64,000 nucleotides of DNA from Camelus ferus (taxonomy: Eukaryota). Location: the NCBI RefSeq assembly GCF_009834535.1, contig NC_045697.1:33544001-33608000 (forward strand), written 5' to 3'. Made by a program: the position numbers and the translations under genes. The notes below the pieces were generated by a model, which saw nothing but the letters and a program-made list of their open reading frames with translations, did not search any database and had not been told where the DNA came from. Position 1 is the first letter of the stretch, and each line of letters opens with the position of its first letter. Of this stretch, positions 50,201-64,000 are shown in pieces.

Positions 50201-52425
50201 CTCTGCTAAAAACATATCTGTAAATAAAATCTTTAAAAGTAAGACTTTTGTCATTGCCATCACCTGGGCAACTTAATGGGCCTTTGCAGAGAAATTCCAT
50301 TTGATGAGAAGAGCACTTCTCAGTCCTGAAGTGGTTACTGTGATCACTTGTCAAGCTGTTTTACCAGACCAGGTCTGTCTTTAAGCATATTTTTTTCTTT
50401 TCACTTTCATAAAATTTTGGAAACTTTTCAAAAACTTTTAATAAGATGTTGACGTTTTATCTTTTTTTTTTTTTTTTCTCTCTCTCTTCCATTTAGGATG
50501 CATTATTTGGAAGTGAAAAGACTTTGGCCAGAGGGGCTGACTTTGGTAAACTGATTTTTTTTTTTTTTCCCCTTGTAGATGCTTTAGAAGAAACAGTAAG
50601 ATAGAATGCACTTTGCCAAACCTTGGGGCAGGGTGCTTGCTTTAGTGAACTGACATTTCATTTTAGTTTTTAAGTCCCTGAGGGAAGAAGGCTAAAGAAG
50701 AAAGCAATTCTGAAGGAAGTTATCCATCTAAACACATGCAACAGAAATTCAGACTACAGATTCTTCTTTTGAAATTCTAAAATTTCCAGTTGGAATTCTG
50801 GCTTCAAAGACATTACTTTCAGTTTCTCTTTCTTTAATCTAATGGAGTGTAACATTTCACAGACTAAAAGGGCATTCTTAAACTAAATTAGTATAATTTA
50901 ACAATTTGAACATTTGTTAATTGGAAAAGTAAGATTTATATGCAAATAGGCCATAATTTTCATTACACATATAAATTATACAGATTTGAACCATTGCTGA
51001 TGCCAGAACTATGAGTTTATTAAACAGATACTGTATTTTATCACATTCGTTGAATCTAAATCATAAGATTTGAAAGACCGAAGACATCACTTTAAATTGC
51101 CATTTAGTGCTTATAGTAATCTTTTGGTACTGGTCATTCATGACTTGGTACTACAAATATATGTTGAAGAAGAACATGGGTAGAAATAGGAGAATGGGGA
51201 GGGGAGAATAAATAGATAGATTGAGCTACTCCTTTCCTGGATTCACATTTTAATTGAGGAAGACTCAAAAATATGTATATATTCTTCTAATGCAAGCTAG
51301 TTACAAAAGAGGTACAGAGATCTAAGTATAGAAACAGGTATGGAACCTGAATGCTTTGCCTTCCTCTAGAATCAGGACATTGTACTGAGAATGGAAGATG
51401 GATGGCTTCCTAAAAGCAATCAGATGCCGTTACCAGAAGGTGGAATGCATATTGAATGGTCAAAACCAAAACAAAACAAAACAAAAAACAAATAAATACC
51501 ACAATACTGAAAGAAAAAACAAAACTGATCTAATTACAGGTCCATTGGAGTGGGAGTGGAAACACAGAGATTCATTCATTAAATAACAGGGATCAATGGA
51601 CTAGCTTCTCTCTAATTTCTTCCATCTCTGACATTTTGTTTCTACATCAAAAGTTTCAAATAAACGTGTTCTACTGGTGTAGAGAAGTCACTACAAGGAG
51701 CAATTAGGACTGTGTGAGGATGGGTACATGAACACTCTTTTTTCTGCTACTTATTTCCAGAACTGAAAGCTGCCCTTTCAAGTTTTTGCATAATGAAAAG
51801 ATCCCCTAGAAAACCTTAAATAGCATTGTGATTATTTTGTTGCTTAAACAGGATTCAGTTAAGCTCCTATCATGTGACTGCAGCCTGCTAAACACTGGAG
51901 TTACAAAGCTGGCTGAAAAAGGTCCATTCTTCCCAAGAATGCTCAGTGGGGAGAGACAGACAGAAAATCATAAGGTTTCAGTGTAAAAAGTGTTATAATA
52001 GATATGATCAGGATGCTATGCCACCAAAAATAAGAGGTAACTTCCCCATCCAAAGATCTCATGAAGAGTTTCCTGGAGTAATGCACGAATGAACTAAGTT
52101 TGTAAGTGAGTACAACTAGATGTAAAAGAATGGGGATGAAAAGGTTTCTTAAGGGCTTTTCTCCAACTATCAAGACTAAAATTTAGTTTTTAATCACTTC
52201 CCCTTTCAAGGTGACCTTCAACTCCAATCATGTATAAATCAAGAGAATCTCCTTTAATGTCAAAATCATAACAACAGCACATGTAATAGTAGCACATAAA
52301 CATATTGGAATAAAGCTCCTTCTGGCTTTTGCCAATTCTGTAATACATTTTCATCTTTATTGAACATCATATTGTAACCATCATAAACATCTATTGTTAA
52401 TGCTACTAAGAAATAATAGCAGAGA

Positions 52426-52536
52426 CTTTGAGAATAAATGTTGGCAATTTCTAAGACTGGATAGACAAAATAAGCCTCAAAGACGTCTTTGAGAACAAAT
52501 GTAGGCAATTTCTAAGGCTGGATAGACACAAAATAA
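52426..52536. repeat. Imperfect direct duplication, period 61 bp
   Basis: CTTTGAGAATAAATGTTGGCAATTTCTAAGACTGGATAGACAAAATAA (52426) versus CTTTGAGAACAAATGTAGGCAATTTCTAAGGCTGGATAGACACAAAATAA (52487). Confidence 0.9.
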
Positions 52537-53782
52537 TCAGAATTAAGATAGTTAGAATCTAATTGTGTTTTGAATTAATAATAGCCAAAGTGAAGCAATT
52601 TCTTGCTTTTACTTCAGAGTTCATGATTTTGCAGTGTCACCTATAACTTTATAACTTACATTAAAGAGCCAGAGAGAGTAACAAAATCTTGGAATTAATA
52701 CTGGGAAAGTAAGTCATCGCCATGCTTCATAGGAACATTTCATCCAGCACTGGATGTAAGATAGATTATGAAGGTATTCCCTTTAAGTATGCCTTATAAT
52801 CACTGTCATATGTTATGTAAGAGCCTGCAAACGGTAACTGCCAAAACATTGGAAAGCCCCAAAATATTTATACAACATACACTCAGCAGCTAGATGATGC
52901 TGGAGATTCCCTACCTAAAACATTCATGTATATAACTGAAGAAAACAGTTCCAGAACAACAACAAAAATACCTTAAGCCAAAACAGCAATTTATACTAAG
53001 TGAACTGTACACAGTATGAGAATGTGTAGAAGTACACTATCCCATGGAAAAACAGATTTAGTTTCAAACAATAATTAATGAACCATGGACATTTCCTGAG
53101 TTTCCCTTCATTCTTCTTGCACTCCATCCAGTTTCCTACCTCATCATTCTATATAAATAAATGTTGTAAAGAGCGATAATGGCCCCTCCGTCCCTAAAAT
53201 GGACATATTTAAATCACTTTTCTTGACTCTTCAGCTACAATAACACCAATGATGCATCTCTCTGGATACCTTCTCTTCCATTAGCTTCTATAATATTCCC
53301 CTCATTTTCTTTCTATTTTATGGCTATTTCTTCTTTACAAACTCATCCTTCTCTAACAGGTCCTTAATGAAATAGTTCTTCATGGCTTAGCCATGGGTTT
53401 CTTTCTATTTTCACTTTATACGCTCTTTCTCTTTCTGGGTATTCTTAGTCACACTAATAAACTTAATCATCATAGGTGATTAGATGATTCCCAAATTATG
53501 TCTCCATATATAAATCCTCTTCTTAGATCCAGGGCAATACATTAAACTGCCTTCTTAACATCTCTCCTAAGATAATTCAAATTCTAAGATTTTCAGAAAT
53601 AATTCAAGGATAATTTGATGTCTACAAAATCAAAAGACCTAAATGCCATTCCACTCCCAAACTTGGTCTTTACCAATAATCCCCAGCCCGGTAAACATCA
53701 CCTCCACAAATGGAGTTGAGCAAGTTAAACTTAGAAATCATTTTTGATAACTTCATCTCCCTTGAAACATTTGATATACCAC

Positions 53783-54335
53783 TTCTTTTTCAGATAGTTC
53801 AGTATTAATGTATAGTAATGCAACTGTTTTTTACATGTTGATTTTATATCCAGCAACTTGAAGTTGTTTATTAGTTCTAAAAGTTTTTTGGTGGATTCTA
53901 TAGGTTTTCTATATATAGTATCAAGTCATCTGCAAACAGAGACACTTTACTTCTTCCTTTCCAGCTTGGATGGTGTTTATTGATTTATTTTTTCTTGCCT
54001 AATTGCTCCGGCTAGGACTTTCAGAGCACTAGGCACTAGCACCTAGTACTAGGAATTCCAGCACTATGTTGAATAAAAGTGGCAAGTGTGTATACTCTTG
54101 CAAATTTTCTGATCACAGAGGAAAAGCTTTCAACTTTTCAACACTGAGTATGATGTTAGCTGTGGGCTTGTCATACACGGCCTTTATTATGTTGAGCTAC
54201 ATTCTTTCTATATCCAGTTTTGAAGGTTTTTATTATGAAAGGATTTTGAATTTTGTCAAATGCTTTTTCTGCATCTATTGAGATGATCATATGATTTTTA
54301 TCTTTCATTATGTTAATGTCATGTATCACACTATA
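53783..54335 (-). mobile_element. L1 ORF2 (RT region) fragment
   Basis: TCATCTGCAAACAGAGAC (reverse complement encodes SLFADD), GCTAGGACTT...ATGTTGAATA, TTTTCTGCATCTATTGAGATGATCAT. Confidence 0.85.
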
Positions 54336-55171
54336 GGTCTGTATGTGCTATCTGTTAAACCCTCCTTCACAAGTGATCTTTTAAAAGCAGAAACATAACT
54401 ATACCACATCCACACTGAAAAATATTTTTACAATCTCTAATGATTTACTTTTAAAATGTTTCAATACAAATAGTGTAATATACATGCGAATAAAATAATC
54501 TCAAGTTTACAGCCTAGGGCTGTTATCATTTGAAATACACTAATCAGAAATGGACACTTGAGGAATGGCTACATATGCACCTAACATATAACTACAGAAA
54601 TATAAATCAGATAGTATAATTAGCATAAAGGACATTAGAAATAATTTTTCATTCATAAGGTGAGTTGTATTCAAGATACATGGTTGACTAGAAATGTTGT
54701 ATCAGACCTAACACCCTTGCATTAATGAAGAATGAGAATCTAGCAAACATAGCAGCCTGATAAATTGAGGATAGCCCTTTAGTTCTAGAGTTCTGTTGGT
54801 CCTGAGTTTATCTACTGTACACAGAATGCTATTATCTAACTAAACTATCTGGTTGGCTGCTCCTGCCTTTAGAAAGAATATAATTGGCCTTGTTTTAATG
54901 TAAGAAGTTTGCCAAAGTGCCAAAGGACAGTGCCTGAATCAATGTTCTCATGGATTCTTTCTATTCAATTTCACATATTTGATAGTATCGTTTAAGAATT
55001 TCTCTCATTATAAAATTATCCATGTGAACAACCTACTCAAACTATTAGTGACTACAAATATTTACCAAAAGAATCTGACAATGGTGAAAAGTCAAATTGT
55101 TTTTGGTCAGGACATGGCACCACTCAACAGTTTCTTATCACTTTCAAGATAATGACTTACATCTTTGATAA

Positions 55172-55543
55172 GACTATCCCAGGTTTCTCAGGCTGCCATG
55201 AAAAAATGCCATAGACTGAATGACCTAAACAACAGAATTTTATTTTCTCAGTTCTGGACACTGGGAATTCTAAGATTAAGGTCCAGCAGGGTTTGTTTTC
55301 TGGTGAGGACTCTTCCTGGCTTGTAGACAGCCACGTCCTGGCTGTGTCCTCACATGGCAGAGAGAGAACAAGCTCTGGCATCTTCTTTCTCCTTATAAGG
55401 ATACCAACTTTATCGTATTAGGGCCCCACCCTTATGACTTAACCTCTATCACTTCTCAGGCCCCATCTCCAAGAACAGTCACATTTGGGGATAGTGCTTC
55501 CACATATGAATTCTGGGGAGACACAAACATTCAATTCGTAACA
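55172..55543 (-). mobile_element. MaLR LTR, MLT1A-like
   Basis: CAACAGAATTTTATTTTCTCAGTTCTGG...GTCCTCACATGGCAGAGAG...AACATTCAATTCGTAACA. Confidence 0.85.
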
Positions 55544-56089
55544 ATGACCTATAAGGCTAATATAATCCTTGACCATTTAATCAACAACATCTCACACAAA
55601 TCTGTTCACTGCCTGCACTCTAGTTACATGCAGACTTCTCTCAGTTTTTGGAATCCCCATTCCTTCTCTCCACTGAGTTGGCTGTTTTTCCTCCTCTCAC
55701 ATCACGTAGCCAATGCTAACTCATCCTTCTGTTACCAGCTCAAACTGCTCTGAGAAATCTTTATATTTTCTCATTTATTGTTTCAATTACTTAAAAACAA
55801 ACAAACAAACAAAAACTAGGTCTATGACACGCCTCATTTGGAATTTCATTGAAGCACACACTTGAATTTCTTATTGGTGGTGGAGTGCGTGGCATGTCAT
55901 CTAGTGAATATTTGTATGTCTACTTTAGAGTCCACTACTTATGCCAACATTTTTTAAACTTCTATTAGAAAATGTGGGCATTAGTTATTATCTTCATTTT
56001 AGAGCAGATGAAACAGATTTTGATGCTATGCTGCTATTTGTAAATTTGAATATTTATGGAAATAGCAGTAAAAAGCCAAACCCATTCTC

Positions 56090-56490
56090 TGGCCTCAAGA
56101 AGCTTACCCAGGTCAGTGGGGGAACTAGTCATTAAACAATCACAATCAGATATAATTATGGTATATGATAAATTCTATAAAAACACCAAGTATTAGTAAC
56201 ATTAACGCTATTTTACAATCAGTGGGCAGGAAAGACCTCTCTGAGCAAAAGACATTTATGGTGAGACCACACATTGACTAGAAATGTTCCAGTAGAAGAG
56301 GGGGAAGAAAATTCCAGAAGGTTCAACACACATGGAGGCCCCGAGGTAAAAACTGGAAGAAGCTCAGTGTGACTAGAGAATTGTGAACTAGAGGGAAGCC
56401 AGCACGTGTAAGACGAGAAATACTGGTAAAAGCCAGTAATGCAGAACCTTAGCCTCAAAGGGATTTTGGATTTTATTTATAAATATAATA
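56090..56490 (-). mobile_element. L2 fragment
   Basis: GGCCTCAAGAAGCTTAC...CAGGAAAGACCTCTCTGAG...GGATTTTGGATTTTATT. Confidence 0.55.
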
Positions 56491-56924
56491 CTTTATTTTA
56501 ATTTCTTTATATAACCATTTGTTAGAATATTGTTCCATAAAAACTGGGGTAATATTCAATCAGAATTCAGTGAAAATTTTTGTATAGCAATTAAGATAAT
56601 CTGGTCTAGATATACTGCTTCCTAATGTTCTAAACTGAAAGTCACAGAGCACAGAAAATCTCGAGAAGTAGGTGGTTGACAGGGTCCTTGGAGAGAGTCA
56701 ATATTTCTCTCTTTCTCAAGAAAACTATTATCTCAGCCATATATTTGACAGGAATTAGATGACAAGTCAATTCATGTCTCTGCATACAGGGAAGTGCCTA
56801 AATATGCAGATAGTCAGTGTGTATTTTCTGATGAATGTTTAACATATTTCCATCTCCAGAAGTGGAGGTAACAAAGCTAATATTACATGATGAAAAGAAT
56901 AATGAGGCATTCTACCTCAACAAA

Positions 56925-56950
56925 AATAAATAAATAAATAAATAAATAAA
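56925..56950. repeat. (TAAA)n simple repeat
   Basis: AATAAATAAATAAATAAATAAATAAA read directly. Confidence 0.9.
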
Positions 56951-57239
56951 GGAAATTATAAAAAATAGCTGATGAGTCAAAAATCTCTTTTCCAGAGTGT
57001 TTTAAATTAAGATTTCTATTTGCAGTAATGTGGCAGGATACATGGAAGTACATATGTTCTCAAAGCAGAGGTTTAGTGATGGAGGAACCCAGTTAAAGAA
57101 GCATAAGAGTTTGGCCAGCATTATTCTGAGATCTCTTCCTCCAAAGTGAATTTGAACCTCAGTTTTCATGGTTTCACTGTGTATAGAAACTAGTATCCAA
57201 GGACCAAACCTGTTCAAGGCAGAAATCTATCTTCTTATA

Positions 57240-57930
57240 ACTGAGATTCTAAGGGGTTATCTCCTCAGGGAAAGGGTGGGGAGGAAATAACCCACTCTGC
57301 AGAGAACTACAAGAAAATGAACTCTCTCAAATCTTGAAACTGCCTAGAGGGCACTGGCTAAAAATGGTGATTAAGATTTTAGAGCCACAAACTGGCCTCC
57401 TGCAGGTTTACAGCCCAATTTCACAGTCTTGGTAGTCTGAAAGCCCTCAAACTGAGAATATAATTTAGAGAGCCTAGATTCACAGAAGTAAATGGAAATC
57501 CTTTCTGGAAGAACACACTTCTACCCCAGTTCACAATTAAAAGTCTAATGAAAATGAGCAGCTCATAACACAGCACACAACACAAAGGAAACAAGGCATC
57601 ACAGGCAAGAGACAGGAGAAATAATAGAAAACACTGACTCGTGAGTACTTCAGATAATGGAATTATCAGAGACTGTCTCCAAGATAAACATATTTATTAC
57701 ATTCAAAGATTTTTTTTTAATCTTAAAATATATTCTGTCAACAAGAAACTACAAGGAGTGACTAAGAAAATGTTAAAAGGAATCAAAAAAGAATTTCTAA
57801 AAATATAATTAAAATTTAAAATCCAATGAATGGCAGTCACAACTAAGAAGAGAATTAGTGAAGAAGATAATTCTGAGGAAATTATTCAAAATTCAGCAGA
57901 GAAAAAAAATTAAGATAAAAGGTTTCTGAC
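57240..57930 (+). mobile_element. Old L1M 5'/ORF1-region fragment
   Basis: A-rich; CAGATAATGGAATTATCAGA...GAAGAGAATTAGTGAA...TCTGAGGAAATTATTCA resembles L1M ORF1. Confidence 0.5.
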
Positions 57931-60900
57931 ATGTTCTAGTGCCTAAAAGAAAACTCAGAACAACACTGGTACATGCACATGACAACAAATTACAGTAAAA
58001 TATGCCTTCTAACTGGGTCTACCAGACATTTTCTCCTTCTTTTGCCCCTTAAAACCACTCTGCCCCTTAATTTTTCAGTCACTTGAGCTGCCTGCAAATC
58101 AAACCCAGGAAAACTTGGAAGACAGGTGAGTTACTTATATAGCAAGCTAAGTATTCTCTTAGCAGGGCCTCAGCCCTCCCTCAATCGGATCCTTTTTTAA
58201 GTGAGTAGAAGAAGCTTTAAAGAGTGCTATGCCAGCAGAAGCCAGAGCTCCTTGAAAAATAGCCCTTCCTTCTATACGTACAACTTGCTTGTCAGCAGAA
58301 CCGGCCACCTAATGGTAGCATCAGGAGTGCAATATAGTTTCCTGCTGTTTTCAGGCAGCCAAGGTGCCTATTAAAGCTCTGGCACAGCTTTCAGAGGCAC
58401 ATTAGAAATGGCCTTTACTAACTACACATCTACTCTTCCTTCCACATACAGATTATATTGCTTTAATTGGTCAATCATTCCTACTGTGTTCTCCTGGTCC
58501 CAGGACAGGGGAGAGAGATGAACTGTGCCTGTACGTGTTATGGTACCACTGTTTCCTGCTGAGACTGTATGAATAGAGTTAAGGCTGAGAATGCATTTTC
58601 CAAAGACTCTTAGTTCCTTTGAGTTTCATGCCTGAAATCTGAATGTTTAGACTCAATATCCCAAGCTGTTTGAAACTCAAAGGTTCATTGCTTTGCCCCA
58701 GGGAAATATGGATCTCTGCTGGCCAACATGATGAATTGCTTTTTGTTATGCCTTTCTCAGACCTTTGGAAGCGTTAGAGATTAAAAATCAAGAGGGCCCA
58801 GGAGAGATCAGAAATTCTAGCTGTAGGTCATAAGTTGTTGAGAAGAGAGAGTTTATCAAAGACCTAAAACTTCTACCATCTATTAAGGAACCTTACTGAC
58901 CTCTTTAATCACTACTGTCATATATTCATCCATTGTCTGTATTTTTTAAACTACCTTGCTGAGACTGCAAATAACCATATGAACAGTATGATCCTGGGGG
59001 CAGGATTCAGGAAATTCTAGTCTCAGCTCTGCAACTTTATTAATTATGTGACCTTGGGCAGGTGGCAAATTTTCCTTGTTTCATTTTCTTCATATGTAAA
59101 TAAGGATAATAATAATAACTATTGTAGTCTAAGGGGAAATGGCTTATAAGAAGTTTAATGAGAATAGGAATAGGTGACAACAGAATAGTGTCCAGCAGAG
59201 GAGAACAAAAGGGCCTTTAGCTCTATAATTGCATAGTCTAAACTTTATTAACAAGGCCTTCCTTCCCTCTGATTTTTTTCCCACCTAATCTTAAATTTAT
59301 TGAGAATAGGGACTCTTATTCATACTTAAACTCCCAGCACCTATGGAGTATCTTGCATATAAAAGCCCTCAATAAATGTTTGCTTAGTGAATGAATTCTG
59401 ATAGAGTTAAGTCAAGGTAGGTGCCCAAGTATAGCACCATACTGGAGAAGACAAGGAAATCAGGGTGCAAGAGGAGAGTTATACATCACAGTTCTCATAT
59501 GTCATATCAGTCAAATGGAAACATATAGATAGATAGAGACATATATATAATTGCTTGCTTTAGTTTCCCTTTCTACAACTTCAAAAACAACAAAGTACTT
59601 CCCATTTCCCTAATTTGTGTGTGTGATCTTTTATGTTAGATGGTTTTAGAGCAGACCCAAGGTCAGAATCCTATTTCTACCCATGGTGACCCAGGCAGTC
59701 TAGCTGGTCTTCAGACTGCCTCTGATATATTTTCCAGAGGACTACAACATTTAAATATTCATACACAAAGTAAGTCCTCTCATCCTGCTCCTGACAATTT
59801 CTACCAGAATTCATGAACATGGCCTTAATTCAGTGGAATTTCACCCTTATTTAATCAATCAGACTTTTAAGTGTACTTCAATAATTATCTCTCCACCCCT
59901 GCCAGATCATAGAAACTTAACAGGCAAGAGATCCAACACAAAACAGGCATGAAGTTTATGTTCTGCATGATTTCTTAAGTGGAAAATCAAAGTTTCAATT
60001 ATATGGACTAAGTATGAAGCCACCAGAGAATTCAAATATTATCTATATTTGAAGTTGCATCCACATACGCATGTACACATAAACATATATGCCTATACAC
60101 ATACAAACAAAATAGACAAACAACTACTTCAGGAACAAATTGATTATCCAGGTTCTATTTAAGAAATATTTGATGCTCTTCATGTAGCCTGAATATAATT
60201 TGACTACAAAGAAGGTAATTCAAATTCTTGCAGTATGTTAGGTAAGACAAAATAGTTTGGAATTAAAAATAAGGCCAATGACAACACACTCAGGTCAGCC
60301 TCATTCAGGAGTAGGCTACCACCCACATGACTGATCCGAAGTGATCCGAAAGATTATCTTTCCGATACCATTTCCTTCTGTAAATGCTGATATGCCAGAA
60401 GTCTTTAGCATTTTTTTCTGACTATTTAGGATCTTTAAGTGTATACATTAAGGCAGTGAGTATTACTTAATTTCCTCACTGCTTAGATAGTATCAATTTA
60501 ATGACAAGTATTTAGAGATTTTTAAAAAAATATTGCCACATTAAATATATGATCATCAGATAAATTCTGATTTCAGAAATGCTGACATGCAAAAAATTCA
60601 AAACAATAAATCCATTTTTTTTCACTTAAAGAAATGCCAAAGAACAGAACAGTGAGCTACAAAAAGTGCTTAAGTGGAGTGATCACTATCCAGTACCTGA
60701 TCTTCATTCTCACAGAAAGTTCTTTTTTTTCAATAACTTATGCAGGTTATTTAGGTTTCAGATGTTCAGATCACACTATCCAAACTCACAGTCTTAGACG
60801 CCTGGATGACTTACTACTAGTGCCTCCTTGGTGCAACATTCAGGGTATCTGTCTCCTGTAAGTTAAGACTCTAGGAAACTGAATTACCTAAGGAGTTTGT

Positions 60901-61523
60901 GTGGTGAGCTTTAAGTAAGACTGTTTTTTAAAATTTCGAGATTGTTGAGTCTAGAGTACGAGGCATGGACTTAAATACTCACAGAAGCTAGAAAAATAAT
61001 GGAAAAGTGGCAAAGGGGCTAATGGTTTCCCTAAGACTTAGCTAGAAAATTTTTACACTTCAACAAAAATATATGTATTCTCTGTTTCCTTGTAACACAT
61101 GAAATACAATGTCTATTTTTATGCTGATTGGATTTTTCCACTCTAGATGGAGACATGGGCACAGAAAAATATTTCTCTACTGTTAGCAAAGAAAACCCAT
61201 GATGTAAGCATGATAAAAATTGAGAACTGTGCTAAGCTTTAGTGTCAGGGAGAAACAGGCTATGTTGGAAACAGCGGTGAACTAATGAAATCATGTTCTT
61301 TCCACAAAAGGACACTGTATTTATTGCCTTCTTAGAACTTGAGCTGGGTTTCCAGATCTACTTTTTTAAAGAAGTTGAACATCTGGATTATGAGTGTGAA
61401 ATATTCTGATTTTTGAGAGTAGGCTTAGCTTCTAAAACTAAGGTGTAGGGTGAACAAATCACATCTGGGGGCCATATTCAGTCTATGGACTGCCACTGTT
61501 AAGACTCTTATCTAGAGGAATGT

Positions 61524-61897
61524 TGCTATGGTCTGTATACTTGTATCCCCACCAAACTCATATGTTGAAATCCCAACCCCCTGAAGTAATGGTATTATAA
61601 GATGGAACATGTGGGAGGTACTTAAATCATGAAGATGGTGCCCTCATGAATGAGATTGGGACCTTATAAAAGGGGCTCCAGAGAGACCCCTAGCCCCTTT
61701 CACTATCTGAGGACACAGCAAGAAGTCAGCAGCCTGCACCCAGAAGAAGGCCTTTACCCAACCACGCTGGCACCTGATCTCAAACTTCCAGCCTCCAGAA
61801 CTGTGAGAAATAAGTCTCAGAACTTCCAGTTTCCAGAGCTGTTGTTTATAAGCTACTCAGTGTGTGGTATTTTGTTATAGCTGCCCAAATAGACTGG
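61524..61897 (+). mobile_element. MaLR LTR, MLT1A-like
   Basis: TGCTATGGTCTG...CTCATATGTTGAAATCCCAACCCC...CCAGCCTCCAGAACTGTGAGAAATAA...TTTTGTTATAGC. Confidence 0.85.
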
Positions 61898-63689
61898 GAT
61901 AGATGTCTCAGCCAATGACTAAACTTAATTTCACGATTCAGAGAAGCTATACCTCCTACAGTAGCTGGTAACGCATGCCCTCCTAACTCCCTCATTCCAT
62001 TTTTCTCTGTGGACTGACCTGAATGTTTGCTCTCAAGCTCTGGTTTTTCAGGAATGTAGCCCATTAACAGTGTCTTTCTAAAAAAATCAGGCACAAACTT
62101 GGTTAGGTTATGCTTTCCATGGTTACTTTTCAGTCAAGACATTTACCTTTTAATGTTTTCAACAGCTCAACTAGCTGTTATTCCCTTCTTGAAAAGTGCT
62201 TCCAATTTTTGCAGTTGATTCTCTTTGAAAATGCTACCTTCCTTACCCTTGTTGGCCAGCCATACAATTATAACTCATTATCTTAGGATTTGATTCTTCT
62301 ATTAATGGATACTTTCAAAGATTCTGTGTTGGATTGTAAATTTGCCTGACCTTGTCCTCAAATCCAGAGAAGTTATACTAACTCCCCATATGAAGATACT
62401 CAGTACTGTTCCGGCCCTCTAGTTTTTATTAATTTTTCATGCATATCATGAATTTTCCACTCTAAATCTTTTGTGGATAGTATTACTATGTTGGCTCAAA
62501 GTGGAGTACTTGACTTTAAAGGGAAGGCAATGTCTGTCTTATCCTTTTTCCACTGGTAGACTGTTGTCTATTTCCCCTAATTCCATGTGCAACCTATCAT
62601 TTGTTGGTATTGATGGCTGCAGAGAGTTTATCCTTTACTTCTATTTTCTCCTTCTCTGTTATACACCCTACTCCTCTTTCATATCTCCATCTATTTTGAA
62701 AGCTTAATATATACCTGAATCTCTCCTCCACTCAAATCTTATTGTTGGTGGGTAAAAATGATAGTTGATAATAAACCCTCTCGGGAGTGAAGGGACTATT
62801 TTTCCTATGGTTGATCCTGACTCCAAAAGGGAAACAATTCAAACTAAATGTAAAATTAACACTTTCACTATTCAATTCACACAGCAAGTCATTCACTGAG
62901 AAACATAAGGCACTATATAAAAAGACTATGTTTGTTTTGAAATATAAAAAAGAGATATCATTTAATTATCAAATAGATCACTGAGGTTTCTATATCTTTG
63001 ACATAAAATTAGGCTTCTGTAAATTTTTAACATTCTGATTTGTTACCTCAATTACATAATCACCCTCACTCTAGACATTATATGTGATTCCACTTGATAT
63101 TTTAAAAATTCACTGCAAATATACATGGTTTGCTAGCCATTCTTTAGTATTATCAAAGACAATGACTAAGAAAAGACACACTAAATTCTTTATAGAAAAA
63201 TACAAATAGGACTTCCAGTATGTTATGAAAAGCCTAGCTTATAAGCCTATATTTTGCAAACCAGAGTGTCAGGCTTTCTGGAGCCAAATTTTAGCAATGT
63301 AGTCATATATTGTTAAAAGAATCATCACTGTTCAGTTTGGTGTTCTAATGAGACTGCAAAAAGTCACTGTACTTTAGGATGACTTTAAATCTTTCATCAT
63401 GGAAAGCATAATGCCCAGTTTTTAGAGTTTTACATTTCCCCAAAGTATACTGCACATAATCGTGTACTACTTTTATTAGCATAATCTTTTACTGTTCAGT
63501 GATAAATATGTTATTTAAATGCTTTTGTCTAATTGGGTCATATTGCAACAAACAGCCCCCTGCATTATGTATGGATATATTATAGGAAGCTCCTGAATAA
63601 TGCCTTTTTCCTCCACATACAAAGTAAAATCTGTTATAGCAGCAAGATACATAGAGGGCCAAAACCTTCCATTATTTATGATGTCTGCA

Positions 63690-63880
63690 AGAACAGTAGA
63701 TGGGGTTCAATGGGGCAAAAGTAAGACAAATTAGAACAGAACTTTAGAGGTAGATTTTGGCTCAACATGAAGAAGAAGATTATAAATATTAAAGCTATTT
63801 TATGAGGAAACAAAGACCCTGGGAAGTAGTGAAATCTCTGTTATCTGAGGTGTTCAAAGAAGACTGAAGGTGCCGGATAA
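63690..63880 (+). mobile_element. CR1/L3 fragment
   Basis: GAGGTAGATTTTGGCTCAACATGAAGAAGAA...GTAGTGAAATCTCTGTTATCTGAGGTGTTCAA. Confidence 0.55.
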
Positions 63881-64000
63881 TTCAAATAACAAGCAGGACA
63901 ATGGCCATCAATATATCCAAGTTATTGTCAAAAGATGAGATGCCAATGATGGGTAATTTTAGAAAAGATAGCAGGCTAAATTGGAGAATATTTATCCAAA

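Noticed and set aside
1100..63724. The many 60-150 aa ORFs in the track as genes
   Set aside because: Except for COX7B2 and the ERV/L1 remnants, they show no recognisable motifs, often use non-ATG starts and mostly lie in repeats.
1..64000. Prokaryotic systems (operons, CRISPR arrays, defence islands)
   Set aside because: The sequence is mammalian repeat-rich DNA with no gene-dense ORFs or repeat-spacer arrays.

Overview
AT-rich, CpG-poor, repeat-dense mammalian genomic DNA, not prokaryotic. The young L1 3' ends look cetartiodactyl, most likely camelid; this is inferred from recalled repeat style and the absence of recognisable Alu, BovB or PRE1 elements. The only credible host coding sequence is an intact 81-aa, single-exon COX7B-family ORF on the minus strand (41535-41780). 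It best fits COX7B2 and has an upstream splice acceptor and a downstream AATAAA; about 41.84-64 kb is probably its intron. The most structured region is a decayed class I (ERV1, ERV-I/HERV-IP-like) provirus on the minus strand (~9.1-16.6 kb). It retains a 5' LTR, a tRNA-Ile-like PBS, gag and pro-pol, but no env or 3' LTR, and is interrupted by three different nested LTRs. The rest is L1, L2, MIR, CR1, MaLR/ERVL LTRs, hAT elements and simple repeats. I see no convincing new biological system. The items worth follow-up are retroelement architecture and a few candidate cis-regulatory sites. Repeat family names come from recalled consensus sequences, not from a database search.
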